A stretch of 63,986 nucleotides of DNA, filler included, from Folioceros fuciformis (lineage: Eukaryota): assembly GCA_049999805.1 (NCBI GenBank). It is 14 parts of 14 records of this genome, joined end to end, with 100 filler letters (N's around TTAATTAATTAA, not from the genome) between each part and the next. Parts side by side here need not be neighbours in the genome. Positions count along the whole stretch, not along the records: positions 60,482 to 62,722 come from JBNGIO010002158.1; positions 62,823 to 63,986 come from JBNGIO010002190.1; 12 more parts are not named here. One strand, 5' to 3'. Numbering within the stretch: the first letter of the stretch is position 1; the number at the start of each line of letters is the position of its first letter. The notes under the pieces are model-generated. The model was not told the origin of the DNA and ran no database searches. It was given only the letters and a program-made list of their open reading frames with translations. This document shows positions 60,814-63,986 of the stretch, piece after piece. Both the position numbers and the translations under genes were made by a program.

Positions 60814-62118
60814 ATGGCTCAAGCTAATGGAAGTCAGGCCAATTGGATGGTGGAGCTTGCGCACGATCCAGGGCTGTCCCTGGATTGGTCTGCGGAAGAG
60901 CAGGCCATTTTGGATGATGGACTGAACAGGTAGGTGCGGGGTTGGAGCTGGGATTTGTCGGGTGTTGGTGCTGTGGTTTGTGCGGGATGCGGTTTCTGCT
61001 CGTCCCACATGGCTGGTGTGGTGTTGCAGTTATGCGAATGAAGCGAGCGTCCTGGTGAAGTACCTCAAGATTGCGAATGACTTACCTGAGAAGACTGTGC
61101 GTGATGTGGCCTTGCGGTGCAGATGGATGACGGTACAATCTTGTTGCCGAACTGTGCACGTACTTCACCCTGTTTCCATGAAAAGAATGAGCTCTGATTT
61201 TGATGAGTGTGCTGCCTTGATCAGAAGAAGGAGAATGGGAAGAGGAGAAAAGCGGATGAGCAGATGCTGAACAGATCGAAATCGAAGGATGCTAAAAAGG
61301 TGTGGCTGCAGTCTGTGAGTTTTTGTGAGCAGTGAGTCTTGCCAAGTTGTTCAACGCAGTGAACGGGGTTACGGTAGTCTGATTCGATGAACACTGCGTA
61401 TCGTATCGTGTGGGAAGTGATGCCACTTTGTGTCCTACTTGTCACAGGAGAAATTTCCAGATTCCACTTCGAGGCCGGTCATTGCAGCAACAAGGTCCGC
61501 AGTTCCGATGTATACTCCTCCACCTCCTCCCATTGACAACGACGATGGCATCTCTAACGACGGTACGTCACCTCACACAAGCTTTGCAACTCAGAAAGAC
61601 ATACTCATGCCGATGCTCTGCGTTTCCGTGTGTGTCAACAGTTATAGGAGGCACAACGGGCAAGCTATTTGAGCAGAACGCACAGGTCATAACTCAAATT
61701 CGAAGCAACCTTGCTGCTTGCAAGGTATGGCCCCTTTCCCCCCTTTGGCCGCTTTGCGCCACTTCTTCCGTCCAACATTTTTATAAGCCAAGCTGCCGCT
61801 CATACCCTGGTGGAAATCTTCAGCTGCAGGAAAATACGGAACTTCTATCCAAGTTCAGGGACAACATTCTGGCCATAATGGAAGGGTGAGCAATACTATC
61901 CGCTGGAACAACCCTAAACTCAAAACGATGGAGAGGTCTATCTCTGGGGCCAAAACGTGTTTCTAACTAGACATCCTTTCTGTGTGCACAGGATGACCAC
62001 CATGCCTGGCATCATGAGCCAAATGCCTGCTCTTCCTGTAACCCTCAACACCGAACTAGCAGACCAGATCCTGTCGCCCTTGCCCCCTCCAAGCTCCAGC
62101 CCAATGTCCGTGCAGTGA
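60814..62118 (+). CDS. DUF3755 family Myb/SANT-like protein, 7 exons (60814-60929, 61030-61132, 61225-61299, 61448-61562, 61642-61724, 61824-61885, 61992-62118)
   Basis: HDPGLSLDWSAEEQAILDDGL..YLKIANDLPEKTVRDVALRCRWMTKKENGKRRK..LFEQNAQ..QENTELLSKFRDNIL..MPGIMSQMPALPV.LN.ELA; all introns GT-AG. Confidence 0.9.
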
Positions 62119-62822
62119 CATGGGCGGGCGGAAGACACATTGTATATCATGTCAGAAGTCACAGCCGGATAGGGATTGGGCGGGCTCATGGTTTGTGCAT
62201 CCTGCTCCAGTTCTCCCGGGCCTTGCGGGCTGCATCCCTGGCCCTAGCAAGCTCCGCGTCGGTGAAACGGTGCTCCACCACTCCAAGGGGTCCAGGCTGC
62301 AGGACCTCGATCACGCTCTCCAAATCCCTCTCCAATTCCCTGCCATAATCACGTTGTGGTACTTCAATGCTGCATTCGAGTTGGCTTACAGATGGAAAGC
62401 TCTCACCTCAGGGAGGCCCTCCCTCGACCAAGAAGCTGGAGGATCTTCCGTGGCCCCATGTGCTGCAACTTGTGGACAAGCGGTCTCTCGGCACTCCTGG
62501 GCAAAGTGCACTTATGTGGTCCTGTGGACGGTTTGTTTCCACCACGGTTGCAAGGATTCGCACCCGTCTGGAGAAATGATTGAAATAAAAAACAGTTTTA
62601 TCTTATTTTATTTTAATTCGTATCGGAATTTTTTTTCATTTTCATATTTGCTAAAGAGCATCAAAGTACGCAAGGAAAAATATGTACAGCCTTTGGTCTG
62701 TGTGGTAGCGGGAGTGGTAGTGNNNNNNNNNNNNNNNNNNNNNNNNNNNNNNNNNNNNNNNNNNNNTTAATTAATTAANNNNNNNNNNNNNNNNNNNNNN
62801 NNNNNNNNNNNNNNNNNNNNNN

Positions 62823-63419
62823 GAAAGACATAATTGGCATGTCTACTCCCTATTGCTGAGCTAGAAGTGCCACTTGTGTTTGAGCAGCAGTGTGTGAGGT
62901 CACGAAATGAGACCAGGATTTAAGAAGGGAGAGCATGAGCCTCATCACCATTTCGTCATCAGTCATACTAACTTTGGAAGCTCCTTCCAATCTTGAGCCT
63001 AGAATCCTGCAGGTATTCACGTGCTTCTCCACTGAATCACCTTCTCTCATTCTCAAGTTTTGGAAGTTCCTCAAAGCGGTCATTGCACTGACCATATTAT
63101 GACCTGCATACAGTTCCTTAAGGCGTGTCCAGATCTCAGCTGAAGTCTTCATCCCTGCAGTTTGCCTCAACATTTTAGATGTTAGGCCACTACAAATGAG
63201 GTCTTTGGCTGCGCTGTCTTCAGCTAACCAATCTGCTTCGGCTGCAATCCCCACGCTAGGAAAAGATATATTTCCAGTTGCATATTTCAGGAGTCCTCTC
63301 ATTTTAAGGACGCCTTCCATTCGGATAAGCCAGATATCAAAGTCAGTACCATTAAATCTATCCCTGTCTTAAAAAGTTTTTGTGCTAAGGATAAATAATG
63401 ACAAAACTGTATCACCCAT
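62823..63419 (-). mobile_element. Ty1/copia gag remnant
   Basis: DRFNGTDFDIWLIRMEGVL..TSAEIWTRLKELY..LRMREGDSVEKHV..LMLSL..SW; related to the gag at 57000-57590. Confidence 0.9.
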
Positions 63420-63986
63420 ATTGGATCTGGATGATGTAAATATAGGCTCTACTCTGTTTATATCAAAATTTATTTCCTGATCACTGTTTGATTAGGCCAT
63501 ACACTTCTACTCATAGTGCATGTTTTTGGCGCTGCAGAATCCACCCCCATACACCTCTTCTAGTTGTAGGCTTGGAGTTTCTCATATCAACTTTGTTATA
63601 AATATTTGTGGAGCACGAGGAACATATATTGGGTAAAGTGCTGCAATTAAAACATTGAAAGCTAAAAAAAAATGTATAATAAACAAGGATTGTGACTGAT
63701 TTATTCAGCTCCACTGCAGAATTCTTTGCTGGAGTTGGGATGCGACTGACAATCCATCAGAAATTCTAGCTTTATTATAAATAGGGATCCTTTCTATAGG
63801 ACATCGATCCCTACGCTGGTGGTCATAATTACTGGCCATGGCTGCCAGATAATTTCTTGAATTTTAAAATGCAGAAACTTTGCATTGTTTGTTTTCTTTA
63901 TTTGATATTTGACATATAATTGTGCCAGCCAAGCAGCTACTCTTGTGGGCCTTCATTTAATTAATCTAAGTATCAATTCAGATGGA

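Overview
Eukaryotic, repeat-rich land-plant nuclear DNA. Short ~80-170 bp introns and the gene set suggest a bryophyte or other early-diverging lineage (inference). The window is 14 short contigs joined by artificial 100-bp linkers (44 N + TTAATTAATTAA + 44 N), so adjacency across linkers is not evidence of biological linkage. Most of it is nested, decayed Ty1/copia and Ty3/gypsy LTR retrotransposon debris, plus a pogo/Tigger-like DNA transposon end and a REL-endonuclease non-LTR fragment. Four apparently intact host genes: an RSL1D1/ribosomal-L1-domain gene, a fluoride exporter (FEX/CrcB), an MBD9-like chromatin gene with three MBD-like repeats, and a DUF3755 Myb-like gene. Two mobile DNA-methyltransferase cargos stand out. 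(1) At 12985-18484, a decayed three-gene unit: a spliced ParB/Srx-like + beta-class N6/N4 amino-methyltransferase fusion, a small ORF, and a divergent Sola/DUF7869-like transposase, sharing a dispersed 22-bp palindrome (consensus GTGCGCCGGTCGACCGGCGCAC). (2) Two diverged copies (3569-4341, 36709-39326) of a retroelement polyprotein in which an aspartic protease is followed by a C5-cytosine DNA methyltransferase.
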